In this document: piece by piece, positions 18,392-27,924 of the stretch
Numbering within the stretch: the first letter of the stretch is position 1
Layout of the letters: the number at the start of each line of letters is the position of its first letter
Source: a candidate division WOR-3 bacterium
GTDB taxonomy: Bacteria; Hydrothermota; Hydrothermia; B15-G9; WFZT01
Direction of reading: 5' to 3'
Assembly: GCA_027053075.1 (NCBI GenBank)
Contig: JALUEE010000021.1
Location: forward strand, 1-54,650
DNA length: 54,650 bases
Program-made: the position numbers and the translations under genes
The notes under the pieces: model-generated
Seen by the model: only the letters and a program-made list of their open reading frames with translations
Told to the model about the DNA's origin: nothing
The model's database searches: none

Positions 18392-19467
18392 TGGGAATCC
18401 TCGAGGGTTTACCTGCAGGTATTGAAATTGATAAAGAATTTATCCGCCAGTACCTGAAGCGTCGAAGGGGTGGATATGGCCGTGGCAGGAGGATGAATTT
18501 TGAAGCGGATGAATTTGAAATTGCAGGAGGAGTGATTAAAGGCAAAACAACCGGTGCTCCCTTCAGCGTGATTATTAAAAATTCCGGGGCGAGGGACTTG
18601 GAGCGTGAGCCGGCAAAGACTGTTCCACGTCCAGGGCACACCGATTTTGCCGGGGCACTGAAATATGGATTTACAGATGATTTTGTGCCGGTAATCGAGA
18701 GGAGCAGCGCAAGAGAAACAGCTGTCAGAACCGCAGTGCTTTCGGTGACGGTTAAATTTCTCAAACTCCTCGGAATCGAGGTCGTAGGCTTTTCACGAGC
18801 TATCGGAAATGTTAAAGTCGAATCTGTACCGGATGACCCAACCGTTATCATCAAAAACAGAGAGCATTCCATTTTTTATTTTCCCGTTCCGGGTTACGAT
18901 GAGCGGGCAAAGGCATTGGTTGATAGAATGCAGGAGACTGGAGACACCTTAGGTGGAATTTTTGAGGTGAGGATGTTCAATATTCCACCGGGGCTTGGAA
19001 GCTATGTGGACCCAACTCGAAGGCTTGATGCGCGGCTTGCTGCTGTCATTATGGGTCTCAATGCAGTTAAAGCTGTTGAAATAGGTGATGGGATAGAGGT
19101 CGCTAAAAAGCCCGGCAGTGAGGTTCAGGATGAATTTGCCTGTCGTGGTAAAAGAAAGTCCAATTTTGCAGGTGGCCTCGAAGGTGGGGTAACCAACGGA
19201 GAAACCCTTATCGTTAGGGGCTATCTTAAGCCCATCTCGACCCTGAGAAACAGAAAAAAGAGCTTTGATCTGGTTACATTGGAGGAGAAACTGGCTCCTT
19301 ACATCCGATCGGACACTGTCGTGGTGCCAGCAGCATCTGTAATCGCGGAAACCCTTGTGGCTTATGTCATTGCAGATGCCATTTTAGAAAAATTCGGAGC
19401 CGACAGCGTCAATGACATAAAAACCGCATTAAAGTCCTATCTCAAGAGGATTGGAAAGTATTTTTAG
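18346..19467 (+). CDS. aroC: Chorismate synthase
   Basis: TAGESHG, PRPGH.D, RSSARETA and KPISTL motifs. Confidence 0.95.
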   Translation: MLRVLTAGESHGKYLVGILEGLPAGIEIDKEFIRQYLKRRRGGYGRGRRMNFEADEFEIAGGVIKGKTTGAPFSVIIKNSGARDLEREPAKTVPRPGHTDFAGALKYGFTDDFVPVIERSSARETAVRTAVLSVTVKFLKLLGIEVVGFSRAIGNVKVESVPDDPTVIIKNREHSIFYFPVPGYDERAKALVDRMQETGDTLGGIFEVRMFNIPPGLGSYVDPTRRLDARLAAVIMGLNAVKAVEIGDGIEVAKKPGSEVQDEFACRGKRKSNFAGGLEGGVTNGETLIVRGYLKPISTLRNRKKSFDLVTLEEKLAPYIRSDTVVVPAASVIAETLVAYVIADAILEKFGADSVNDIKTALKSYLKRIGKYF

Positions 19468-19504
19468 GCTTGATTAAACCGTTTCTCGACTTTACTTTTT
19501 CCGC

Positions 19505-20728
19505 ATGTTAAGCGAAAGGTGGAAAAGGTTAAAGAAAATCAAAGAGTTTGGGCCTGGTATTATAACAGGCGGTGCAGATAATGATCCCGCGGGAATAGTA
19601 ACTTACACCAGTATTGGAGCCTCCACCGGCCTCCACCAGCTATGGCTACTTTTACTCTCAACTCCCATGATGATAGCTGTTCAGGATACAGCCTCAAGAA
19701 TAGCCATAGTAACCGGTAAAAGTTTGTCCGAAGTTCTAAACATCTTTTACTCCAAAAAATTTTCCGTGCCCGTAATTTTCACTCTTCTCATCGCCAATAT
19801 GTTCACAATTGCAGCGGACATAGATGCAATTGCAGTGGTACTTCAGATACTGACCGGAATAAAATCCGTCTACTGGCTTATTCCCATTACCGCCCTGATC
19901 GGATACCTCGTGATATTCAAGCAATACAGAACCATTAAGAAAGTACTTCTCGGCCTCACTGCATCTCTTGCCGTTTACATTGTTTCGGCACTGTTAGCAA
20001 AACCTGAGCTTAAAGAAATCCTTATAAATACCTTTATTCCCCACATTAAACTTTCTGCTGCCTTTGCAATGGCTGCCCTTGGACTCCTCGGTACAACCAT
20101 ATCGCCATATATGCTTTTCTGGCAGGCAGCTGAGGAGAAAATCGAGCACAGAACTGTGGTTCAGATTCATGAGGCAAGCTGGGACACGATAGTTGGCATG
20201 ACTTATTCGAATTTAGTCGCGTACTTCATCATAGTTGCAGCAGCTTACACATTATTTGGGCATGGCCTTCATCTCAATACTGTAAAGGACGCGGCCGTAG
20301 CCCTAAAGCCTTTTGCTGGAAAATACGCTTTTCTGATATTCTCTTTCGGAATAATAGCAGGAGGATTTCTCGCTCTCCCCGTACTATCTGGTTCATCTGC
20401 CTACGCAGTTTCTGATCTATTTGGGTGGAGGGAGGGGTTTGAGAACAAGGTCAGTGACGCGAAGGGATTCTATATAATTTTTCTTGGCTCATTATTTATC
20501 GGAGATTTGATCGATTTATCACCTATTTCCGCTGTTGATGCCCTCTATTACAGTCAGGTGCTCGATGGGTTGCTTCTGCCTCTTCTTGTCTTTGTCCTCC
20601 TGAAAGTAAGCAACGACAGAAATGTGATGGGTAATGAGACAAACACAAAGTTTAATAACATATTCAGCCTCGTGACACTCGTTGTTTCAGCAATCTTTAG
20701 CCTGGTCTTATTCTACCAGTTACTTTAG
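19505..20728 (+). CDS. NRAMP-family divalent metal transporter-like protein
   Basis: GPGIITGGADNDPAG and GTTISPY motifs; ~11 TM segments. Confidence 0.85.
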   Translation: MLSERWKRLKKIKEFGPGIITGGADNDPAGIVTYTSIGASTGLHQLWLLLLSTPMMIAVQDTASRIAIVTGKSLSEVLNIFYSKKFSVPVIFTLLIANMFTIAADIDAIAVVLQILTGIKSVYWLIPITALIGYLVIFKQYRTIKKVLLGLTASLAVYIVSALLAKPELKEILINTFIPHIKLSAAFAMAALGLLGTTISPYMLFWQAAEEKIEHRTVVQIHEASWDTIVGMTYSNLVAYFIIVAAAYTLFGHGLHLNTVKDAAVALKPFAGKYAFLIFSFGIIAGGFLALPVLSGSSAYAVSDLFGWREGFENKVSDAKGFYIIFLGSLFIGDLIDLSPISAVDALYYSQVLDGLLLPLLVFVLLKVSNDRNVMGNETNTKFNNIFSLVTLVVSAIFSLVLFYQLL

Positions 20729-22429
20729 CAGTTTCTCTATCTCTGCCTCGAGTCTCTTTGCTGTTCCCGGGATATACCCTACCTGTTTAAAAACAATATA
20801 ACCGCTCTGAGATATCATGAAGTGTGTGGGGAATGCATTGACATGGTAAAGCTTCCGGACATCCTTGCCGTTTACAACGATGTGATATTTAAAGGGCTGT
20901 TTTTTTAGGAATTTTACCACTCGCGCAGAATCCTCGTCTGTGATTCCGATAAATACAACCCTGTTGCCATATTTATCCACCAATTTATTCAACTCGGGGA
21001 TTTCCCTTCTACAAGGACTGCACCAGGTTGCCCAGAAGTTCAAAACGACCACTTTCCCGCGCAGGGAATCGAGCACAAAAGTTTTACCATCAAGTGTCCT
21101 GACATTAAAAGACGGTGCCTTGGGCAGCCAGGTTTTGAGGGTATCCTTTAGCGATGCCATGTATTTTGCAAAAGTCATCCCTGTGTGTTTTTTCTTCCAC
21201 ACCTTTTTGAGTAAATTAGTGGCAGATGTATCCTGGTGGAAGTATCTTGCGATGGTGAGCGCCTTCTCAGCTTCTTCAAGATGACTTGCCTCAAGCGCGG
21301 CCTCACCATAGAGCAAGAGATCCTCGTCCCATAGAGTAAAGAGGTCTTTATAACCGACAAATTTCTTGATGGTGGTATAGGCTTTTTCATAGTCTTCTTT
21401 TGCAAGGTAAAGCCTCGTCAGATTTTTCAGGTAATCATTGACCGTTGCTGTCCTGATCCTGTCAAAATCCGAAGGAGCTCTCAATTTGAAAGCATAGTCC
21501 CACCTGATATTTAAGGTATCATCCACTATCTCTTTTTCTTTTGCCAGGATGAATGAAAGACGCGAGGTGTCAACCTGGGGCCATACGGCTTTGTCTTCTA
21601 ACACGTAAAAATCGTACATGGTGAGATGTCTCAAAGAATTGATGTATGAACAATACTGGTCAAATCTCTCAGGGGGCATGAAGTACCTCGTCACAAACCA
21701 TCTAAAGAGCTTAAAACTGCGAACCATCCCACGGGCACCGGGGGCATTTTGATATATTTCCCAGAATCTGTCTGCCGCTTCCTGGCTTCTTCTGATTTCT
21801 CCGTAAGGATTCATGGAAGTCTGAATGAGTTCAGCAAAGGTTTTCCCTGGCCCTTTGAGCTTTTCGTAAAACTTAGCCGCAAAATTCGAATCATGGACAG
21901 CAACGTAGGAAGCAAGAAAGCCACCAAGGAGACATTCCTGGTCATTGGAATTAAGAAGATTTTCGGGATTCTCTTTAGCGTAAAACTGCGCAAGGAGACA
22001 AGAATTCTTGAGCTCTGAAGGTATGGAATCAGGAGAAACGATACCGTTGCTGAGAAGGGCAAAATAGGCTCTTACTGAAAGTTTGCCATTCTCTTTGAAC
22101 ACAACGTAGTTCCATTCTTTTGCAGGGTAAAAAGTTTTCGTTGCCGTGTCTTCGAGTGCAAAGAGCACGAGATAGGTGGAATCCTCAGGGGTTACCGTAT
22201 AGGATTTCTCGCCTTTGATGGGCAGTATGGCTATTTTTCTATAAACCGGTGGATCGCCGTAGAATTCCTGAATCCAGAGAAAGCCATAGACAGGTTTTTG
22301 CCAGGAGATAGTCAGCTTCTCGCCAATTGCCGGATGCTGTGGGTGAACCGAAAGTTTAACTTCACTTTTTTTGCCGCACGAGGCAGCCAACATCAATATT
22401 ATGAAAATGGGGAGCAGCTTCTTCATCAT
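20720..22429 (-). CDS. Lipoprotein with C-terminal TlpA/ResA-like thioredoxin domain
   Basis: Lipobox LAASC; VLNFWATWCSPC and cis-Pro AFPT motifs; helical middle region. Confidence 0.82.
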   Translation of the reverse strand: MMKKLLPIFIILMLAASCGKKSEVKLSVHPQHPAIGEKLTISWQKPVYGFLWIQEFYGDPPVYRKIAILPIKGEKSYTVTPEDSTYLVLFALEDTATKTFYPAKEWNYVVFKENGKLSVRAYFALLSNGIVSPDSIPSELKNSCLLAQFYAKENPENLLNSNDQECLLGGFLASYVAVHDSNFAAKFYEKLKGPGKTFAELIQTSMNPYGEIRRSQEAADRFWEIYQNAPGARGMVRSFKLFRWFVTRYFMPPERFDQYCSYINSLRHLTMYDFYVLEDKAVWPQVDTSRLSFILAKEKEIVDDTLNIRWDYAFKLRAPSDFDRIRTATVNDYLKNLTRLYLAKEDYEKAYTTIKKFVGYKDLFTLWDEDLLLYGEAALEASHLEEAEKALTIARYFHQDTSATNLLKKVWKKKHTGMTFAKYMASLKDTLKTWLPKAPSFNVRTLDGKTFVLDSLRGKVVVLNFWATWCSPCRREIPELNKLVDKYGNRVVFIGITDEDSARVVKFLKKQPFKYHIVVNGKDVRKLYHVNAFPTHFMISQSGYIVFKQVGYIPGTAKRLEAEIEKLLK

Positions 22430-22490
22430 GTTTTCATATTATCCGTATACCTAAACACTGTCAATTTCCTGATGAGCTCGTTCAAAAATT

Positions 22491-22543
22491 CCCCCCTCCT
22501 ATCCTCCTCCCACGCACTTTGTGCGTGGGAGGAGGAATAAGGT
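22491..22543. repeat. REP-like palindromic repeat
   Basis: TCCTCCTCCCACGCAC-TTT-GTGCGTGGGAGGAGGA perfect stem (22502-22536); homologous to 39648-39707. Confidence 0.85.
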
Positions 22544-22759
22544 CTGACATCACCCATGTTTTTGCTTTTCATGTATATTTATACAACGCAATCTGGGCGG
22601 GAAATTCAATTTTTCGCACTAAATCAACAATTTTTACCGGAAGGATATATTCGTTTATACCGTATAAAGAGAGTGTTCAAATATTGAGCGTAGTACACCT
22701 TTTTGTAGTCGTGGTAAGGGATGAGGTGTTATTTTCCAGAAATTCGTGGGTGACGTCAG
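22544..22759. mobile_element. MITE family A, copy 2 (216 bp)
   Basis: Same TIRs as 10743-10958; 10-bp direct repeat GGAATAAGGT at 22534-22543 and 22760-22769; ~14 substitutions versus copy 1 and no indels (hand count). Confidence 0.92.
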
Positions 22760-22833
22760 GGAATAAGGTGGGGGCAAATTTTTCATTAAAATTCAAAGGT
22801 TTTGAAATTTTTCTAACAGGCTCATTTCCGAAT

Positions 22834-22950
22834 GAGCTTGCCGAATCTAAATTTTAGTTGCCACCTTCTCCTCCGGGTCCGTATAACCTCACTGATAATT
22901 GCAGATCATCCGGTAAATTTCCTCTCTTTTCCGTGGGAAGGAAGGGACCT
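22834..22950. mobile_element. Degenerate family B remnant
   Basis: Starts GAGCTTGCCGAA; ATAATTGCAGATCATCCGGTAAATTTCC...GGGAAGGA resembles the 14795-14845 part of copy 1. Confidence 0.5.
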
Positions 22951-22986
22951 TTGCTGCTTATGTTGTGAAATATTTCCACCCATCCT

Positions 22987-23493
22987 TCACCTGTGCTTGA
23001 AAATTCTGTCTTTCAAAAACTCAAACATGGAGTCTCGATTGGACATGGTGATCTCGAAGGGTTTGTACTTTCTCCTGATCCTTCTAACAAGTGGATGAAC
23101 ATCTTTAATCGGGATAGTTGCAACCACATCTAAGTTACTCTTAAACATGATCTCCTCTATCAATTCCTGGAACTTCTTTGAGAAAAGCTCCATCTTCCCT
23201 ATTTCATCGATCATGAGAATCCCCTTCGGATTTTCAAGAATCGGCATGACGAGCCTCTCAAATCCTTCAACATCAACTTTGTATCTCCCTACTTTGTAAG
23301 GTGTATCAAGGTCAACATGTGAAAGAATGCCGGATTTTCCATCGGTTCTCACAATCCTAAACCCGACACGCTTCCCATGCTCTCTAATTTCCTCTGTCCA
23401 TAATCCTTTAAACAGGGATGGATTGAGCTTGTATAGCTTTTTTATAAGTGTGGTCTTACCCGTGCCCGGTGCCCCTGAAATTATTGTTTTCAT
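22987..23493 (-). CDS. NTPase (THEP1/NTPase_1 family)
   Basis: GAPGTGKTT, EEIRE.GKRVGF, VGRY.V and IDEIGKME motifs. Confidence 0.9.
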   Translation of the reverse strand: MKTIISGAPGTGKTTLIKKLYKLNPSLFKGLWTEEIREHGKRVGFRIVRTDGKSGILSHVDLDTPYKVGRYKVDVEGFERLVMPILENPKGILMIDEIGKMELFSKKFQELIEEIMFKSNLDVVATIPIKDVHPLVRRIRRKYKPFEITMSNRDSMFEFLKDRIFKHR

Positions 23494-23596
23494 GACCAGG
23501 ATGATACAGGCTGGTAAGCAATTTTGAAACCCCTGAAAATTGTTCGCAAAGACGAACTATGTGACATGACTTTTGGAGAGTGCTATAATCTCGATT

Positions 23597-24769
23597 ATGA
23601 AGGAGAAGTTAAATGTTCTCATTGTGGCTATTCTTGGGCACTTCCTCGATCACTTCTTCATCCTGTCATTCTCTGTTCTCATTCCGGTCTTTAAATCAAT
23701 TTATTCGATCAACTACACAAAAATCGGGTTAACCGGGAACATCATCTACTTTGTCTTTGGACTTGGGGCGCCAATCTCAGGATTTCTAATTGATAGAATA
23801 GGTGCCCTGAAGGTAATCCGAATTTATGCCATTGGCGCAACTTTCTCTCTCCTTTTCATCTTTCTTGCACCGGGATTTCACCTGATAATAGCCGGGTTTA
23901 TCTTGCTTGGAATTTTTGCAAGCCTCTTTCACCCCGCAGGATACTCTTTTGTGACGTTAAATATTGAAGAACCGGGCACCGCCCTCGGGATTATGGGAGT
24001 TTTTGGAACTTTGAGCGTGGCATTGACGCCTGTAACTATCTCTGGCCTGACCGCACTCCTCGGATGGAGAGGCGCTATTCTTGTTCTTGCAATCGCTGCA
24101 GGAGTTTATTCAATTACTCTAATCAAATTTGCCGTGGAGGGGAAATTCTCCGGCAAAAGAGAAAAGAGCTCGAGCAACACCGAGAAAGGATTCCTTCTCG
24201 TCCCGCTTTTATTTATTCTAACATTCGGAGCCCTAAACGGGTTCACATACCGTGGATTCGTTACCTATCTGCCCTCTTTCTTTACAGAAAAAGCTGGCGG
24301 AGCACTGGTGAAGGGTGGCCTCTATTCGACACTCGTCCTATTGAGCGGGATAGTCGGTCAAATGATAGGCGGTAAGCTTGCCGAGAGCGAGAAGAGAGAA
24401 ATATTCTACGTGGCGGTGACATTTTTCAGCTTTCCATTTTTGCTTGCCACTTACTTTGCAAGTGGTAGCCTGGTTCTTTATACCACCATTGGATTTTCCC
24501 TCATGTACTTCGGATTTCAGCCACTTTCCAACCGCCTCATAGCGCTTTACACATCCTCGGAATTCAGGGGCCGTTTTTACGGCATCACCTTTTTCCTAAA
24601 TTTTGGAATCGGGTCCCTGGCCGTTTCCGTTGGCGGATACCTTGCGGACAGATTTGGCATTCAATCTGTTTTTCTGTTAATAAGTGCAAGTCTCTTTGCG
24701 GCCTTCCTGGTGGGACTGGGACTGCTCACATATCTCAAGGCCTCTGGCATTAAGCGCACACCCGCTTAA
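23597..24769 (+). CDS. MFS transporter
   Basis: ~12 TM segments; G.L.DRIG motif and FHPAG; start set at ATG 23597. Confidence 0.88.
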   Translation: MKEKLNVLIVAILGHFLDHFFILSFSVLIPVFKSIYSINYTKIGLTGNIIYFVFGLGAPISGFLIDRIGALKVIRIYAIGATFSLLFIFLAPGFHLIIAGFILLGIFASLFHPAGYSFVTLNIEEPGTALGIMGVFGTLSVALTPVTISGLTALLGWRGAILVLAIAAGVYSITLIKFAVEGKFSGKREKSSSNTEKGFLLVPLLFILTFGALNGFTYRGFVTYLPSFFTEKAGGALVKGGLYSTLVLLSGIVGQMIGGKLAESEKREIFYVAVTFFSFPFLLATYFASGSLVLYTTIGFSLMYFGFQPLSNRLIALYTSSEFRGRFYGITFFLNFGIGSLAVSVGGYLADRFGIQSVFLLISASLFAAFLVGLGLLTYLKASGIKRTPA

Positions 24770-24808
24770 TCATTGCGTCCGAGTTGATGTTAATATATCA
24801 TTAGAACG

Positions 24809-25144
24809 ATGAGAATTAATCTTCGAAATTTCATTCGCAATCTTCCACATCTCCCCCTTGGAATCAGGCTCCACATATATTATTACTTCGCAAAGCTCAC
24901 TGGAAAGTATAAGAAGCTGAACGTTTGTGTGGCTTACGATTCCATCGAGGATGGAATTGAAGGAATAAAAAAGGCCGGTCGATACGGTGTTCCTGTTCCT
25001 GTACCAGATGAGATCAAAGAGGAGTGTGGAGTTGCCATTTTGACCGACGAGAGGCATCTCAAAAAGGTACTGGAAATGTCCCAAGGGCTGAGACTCATCG
25101 GAGTATTTCGAAGGAAGGATAAAAAATTTAGCGAGAGGATTTGA
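24809..25144 (+). CDS. Small hypothetical protein, DUF3343-like C-terminal part
   Basis: PVPDEIKEECGVAI resembles the PxPxxIxxxCG motif; has its own -35/-10 promoter. Confidence 0.6.
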   Translation: MRINLRNFIRNLPHLPLGIRLHIYYYFAKLTGKYKKLNVCVAYDSIEDGIEGIKKAGRYGVPVPVPDEIKEECGVAILTDERHLKKVLEMSQGLRLIGVFRRKDKKFSERI

Positions 25145-25841
25145 GAATTCTCTCGATCTTCTCAATATCCTCAGGATAATCCACAGGGATACTCTCGTAA
25201 TTCACACGGATAACCTTTATCTTCATACCGTTTTCGAGCGCCCTTAGTTGCTCGAGTTTTTCAATCCTCTCAAGTCTTCCCTGAGGCAGAGAAACAAATT
25301 TCAAAAGAGATTTCCGCCAGAATACATAGATACCAATGTGCTTCAGATACTCCTCCTCCATTCTCTCCCGGTAAAAAGGGATAATTGAGCGTGAGAAATA
25401 GAGGGCGTATCCATTTTTATCTATTACAACACAGACGGCTCCTGGAGATTGCACTTCTTCCCTTGTGACTTCTTTAACGGGCGTAACAATGTCAGTCTCG
25501 TCATCCATTTCATTGACGAGTTCATCAATTATCCTGCCGTCTATCAAGGGCTCATCTCCCTGGAGATTAACGATTATTTCATGGGGAAATTTTGATGCCA
25601 CAAAAGCTACTCGATCCGTACCAGAAGGCAAATCAGATGGTGTAATTTCGCAAGGGACAATATCATCTATTGCCTCACAAATTTCTCTGCCGTCTGTGGC
25701 AACCATCACCTCGGAGAGCTCACTCTTCAGTGCCCCTTCCACAACCCATCTGATCATGGGCTTACCTAAAATCGGTGCAAGGGGTTTTCGCGGGAATCGT
25801 GTAGAGCCAATCCTTGCAGGGATAACGGTTAGAACTTTCAC
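25128..25841 (-). CDS. kdsB: 3-deoxy-manno-octulosonate cytidylyltransferase
   Basis: IPARIGSTRFPRKPL, SGTDR, NLQGDEP, HIGIY and EKLEQLRALENG motifs. Confidence 0.95.
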   Translation of the reverse strand: MKVLTVIPARIGSTRFPRKPLAPILGKPMIRWVVEGALKSELSEVMVATDGREICEAIDDIVPCEITPSDLPSGTDRVAFVASKFPHEIIVNLQGDEPLIDGRIIDELVNEMDDETDIVTPVKEVTREEVQSPGAVCVVIDKNGYALYFSRSIIPFYRERMEEEYLKHIGIYVFWRKSLLKFVSLPQGRLERIEKLEQLRALENGMKIKVIRVNYESIPVDYPEDIEKIERILKSSR

Positions 25842-26557
25842 TTCTTAAGCTCCGTTTCCACGATTTCCTTAAACATGCGAGCAAGCTCTTTGTAATCGGT
25901 AATTCCCTCTATTTCTATAGGTTTATGGATTACAAGCTCCACAGTGCCCGGCGTAATTGCGAGGCTCCCACGGGGGAGGATTTTCTCTGTCCCCTTTATC
26001 GTGATGGGCAAAAGTGGAAGTCCATGCTCCAGAGCCAGCCTGAAGGCACCTGTCTTAAGGGGAAGAAGCTCGCTTCCACGCCCCCTTGTTCCTTCAGGAA
26101 AAATTAAAACTGAGAAACCGTCCTTTTTGAGTCTGTCCATCTGAGCTTTAATCTTTTCGTAGGCCACACCTCTTGGAGCATTTCTATCAATCACTATAGA
26201 GACTTTCTTGAGATACCATCCGAATAGAGGTGTTTTTGTAAGCTCTTTTTTGGCAACAGGTTTCACGGCTCTAAAGGGAAGTGTAGAAAGCGCAACCACG
26301 TCGTAGTGACTCCTGTGATTGGTAACGACTACGTAACTCCGACTGAAATCCACAGGGTACTCATATCTCACCTTCACCCGCAAAAAGCTTGCTTTCCGAA
26401 TAATAGAAAGCCAGATGATACCAAGTCTTAAAGAAATCTTTCCTGATTTATCAAATGGCAAAATTATTGGGAAAATCAGCCCAAACAGGATTATGGTCGA
26501 GACCACTATAACGGTATAGATGTAAACTCTGTAAATGGCGAGCAAAATTTTCTTCAT
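25838..26557 (-). CDS. plsC: 1-acyl-sn-glycerol-3-phosphate acyltransferase
   Basis: NHRSHYD and FPEGTR motifs. Confidence 0.88.
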   Translation of the reverse strand: MKKILLAIYRVYIYTVIVVSTIILFGLIFPIILPFDKSGKISLRLGIIWLSIIRKASFLRVKVRYEYPVDFSRSYVVVTNHRSHYDVVALSTLPFRAVKPVAKKELTKTPLFGWYLKKVSIVIDRNAPRGVAYEKIKAQMDRLKKDGFSVLIFPEGTRGRGSELLPLKTGAFRLALEHGLPLLPITIKGTEKILPRGSLAITPGTVELVIHKPIEIEGITDYKELARMFKEIVETELKK

Positions 26558-27924
26558 TTGAGCCTCACCTCTATGGTTTTTAGAATTTTAATAAGCAGAA
26601 CCTGGCCGGGGTTTTCGCCTCTCTTAACATACTTTTTTCTGGTCACAAGGACGGTCCCTTTCATATCCTGTGATTTTTTGCTTCGCTCAAGAGCAAGTCT
26701 TGCGGCAAATTCAAGGTCTTCATCACCAACATCGGCTCTGCCAGATTTAATTATAACGTGTGAACCTGGCGAATCCTCAACGTGAAGAAAATAATCTTCA
26801 GGAGATGCAAGATGGAAAGTTATATACTCGTTGCCCCGGGCGTTCTTGCCACGATAAACGAGAAAACCACCGGGTGAGACAAACTTCTCAAAAGGCTCAT
26901 ACACATCTTCTTCCTTCGAGGCACTTTCAACCTTTTCTGCCTTTTTACCAAGCTTCTTGAGAAGTTTTTCATATCCCCTTTTGTATCGCCGGTATTTTTT
27001 GAAATACTCTTCGGCCGTTTCAGAAATTTTGCCCTTGATGGGAACCTCTATCAATTCACCTTCCACCTTGAGCAGGGCTTTACCATCGTGCTCTTCAAAA
27101 TCCCCGGCAAGGAGCTTTTCTCCAATGATTCTGTATTTCTCGTAGTCCTTCACCTTCTCAAGCTGACGGAGGATAGGGTCTTCCTTTTCTTTGCGCGACG
27201 CCGCTCCTTCCCTGATTTTCCCGAAGTAGAAATCGAGCAGGGCTGAATAGCTCTCAAACTCGCGTTTGGCACCGCATCCAATATCCACAGGGGTATAGAT
27301 ATCCGCCTCCCCACAGTAAATGGCCCTGGGTTCATTCAATGCAAGGTAAACCTTCTCACCATAGGGTGGTGTAAACCAGGGAATGTATTTCGCGAGTTTT
27401 TCCACGTCTTTCTGAGGGTCAAAAGGTTTGGGCGGCGGTGGAGTGTATTCTATTCCCGGAATCACAGGCCTTACGGTGGACCTTGAGGGAGGAATTTTGA
27501 TGAATGAATCCACAATCTTGCCCTCCTCATCAACGAGTATCAAATTAGAATGCTTGCCTGTTAGCTCCACTGCAAGAACGTATGTCCTGAGCCCCCTATC
27601 CCTCGAGAATATTAGATAAACCAGCCTATCCCATTTTTTAACCCTGACATCAACGAGTGTAAACCCTTTCAAATGTTCTTCAAATGGTACAAAGTGGACA
27701 TCTGATGAGACTGGTTGAGTGGGAGACACACCAGAGTGATCTATTAAGTGGATTCTGTATCGCGTGGGGTGCACAGAGACGAGGAGATAATTTTTATCAA
27801 GCCTGAAAACAAATTCTCGCTGTGCCTTCATCAATATACTTTTAAGCTTTTTACCAATTAGTGCGTCTGCGATTTCCCTTTTTACAATCAGGGCGTCTAT
27901 CTCTGAGAACTTCTGGTGTTTCAT
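26554..27924 (-). CDS. rqcH: RqcH/NFACT family ribosome quality-control protein
   Basis: DR and ELTGKHSNLIL motifs (NFACT-N); GKNARGNE and H....PGSHV motifs (NFACT-R). Confidence 0.85.
   Translation of the reverse strand: MKHQKFSEIDALIVKREIADALIGKKLKSILMKAQREFVFRLDKNYLLVSVHPTRYRIHLIDHSGVSPTQPVSSDVHFVPFEEHLKGFTLVDVRVKKWDRLVYLIFSRDRGLRTYVLAVELTGKHSNLILVDEEGKIVDSFIKIPPSRSTVRPVIPGIEYTPPPPKPFDPQKDVEKLAKYIPWFTPPYGEKVYLALNEPRAIYCGEADIYTPVDIGCGAKREFESYSALLDFYFGKIREGAASRKEKEDPILRQLEKVKDYEKYRIIGEKLLAGDFEEHDGKALLKVEGELIEVPIKGKISETAEEYFKKYRRYKRGYEKLLKKLGKKAEKVESASKEEDVYEPFEKFVSPGGFLVYRGKNARGNEYITFHLASPEDYFLHVEDSPGSHVIIKSGRADVGDEDLEFAARLALERSKKSQDMKGTVLVTRKKYVKRGENPGQVLLIKILKTIEVRLK

Larger units (their letters stand above)
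22474..22823. mobile_element. MITE-like element with family B ends, carrying a palindrome and a nested family A MITE
   Basis: Ends GAGCTCGTTCAAAAATT / AATTTTTCTAACAGGCTC; degenerate 10-bp flanks ATTTCCTGAT (22464-22473) and ATTTCCGAAT (22824-22833). Confidence 0.65.
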
